DNA from: Bigelowiella natans CCMP2755
Lineage: Eukaryota > Protista > Cercozoa
NCBI GenBank assembly: GCA_000320545.1
Contig: ADNK01001432.1
Span: 1 to 43,689, forward strand
Direction: 5' to 3'
DNA: 43,689 nt
Shown: positions 43,615-43,689 of the stretch, piece by piece
How positions within the stretch are numbered: the first letter of the stretch is position 1
How the letters are laid out: each line of letters starts with the position of its first letter
The notes under the pieces: model-generated
What the model was told of the DNA's origin: nothing
The model's database searches: none
What the model saw: only the letters and a program-made list of their open reading frames with translations
Program-made: the position numbers and the translations under genes

Positions 43615-43689
43615 CTAATTAAATCATCATGACCGGCAGTCTGAGAGCCATTACGCACAGGATACCAATACACCGGATAAAATCCGAAA

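Overview
Eukaryotic nuclear DNA, intron-rich, with GT-AG introns and many microsatellites. Signal/TM-plus-transit-like N-terminal extensions on GyrA and a DUF1350 hydrolase suggest an alga with a secondary plastid, possibly a chlorarachniophyte (inference). I reconstructed 14 protein-coding genes by hand-splicing: unknown membrane protein (-), CCDC86/Cgr1-like (+), DUF1350 alpha/beta hydrolase (-), class-3 lipase (+), DP transcription factor (-), MAPEG protein (+), single-pass membrane protein (-), intronless organellar GyrA (+), three paralogous orphan 7TM genes (+,-,-), two unknown proteins (+), and nucleoporin NDC1 (-). The most unusual signal is a 504-bp stretch (22598-23101) with no TpA dinucleotide, rich in TG/CA, where the nearby surviving TAs are mostly in TAG/CTA context. 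It looks like a context-specific TA->TG/CA hypermutation scar, a 'reverse RIP'. It lies at the only break in an otherwise strict strand alternation of genes. Other signals: purine-pyrimidine-alternating tail-to-tail spacers, a 638-bp near-identical tract between two 7TM paralogs, E2F sites upstream of the DP gene, and Val at the GyrA Ser83-equivalent position. Exon boundaries were read by eye and are approximate where stated.
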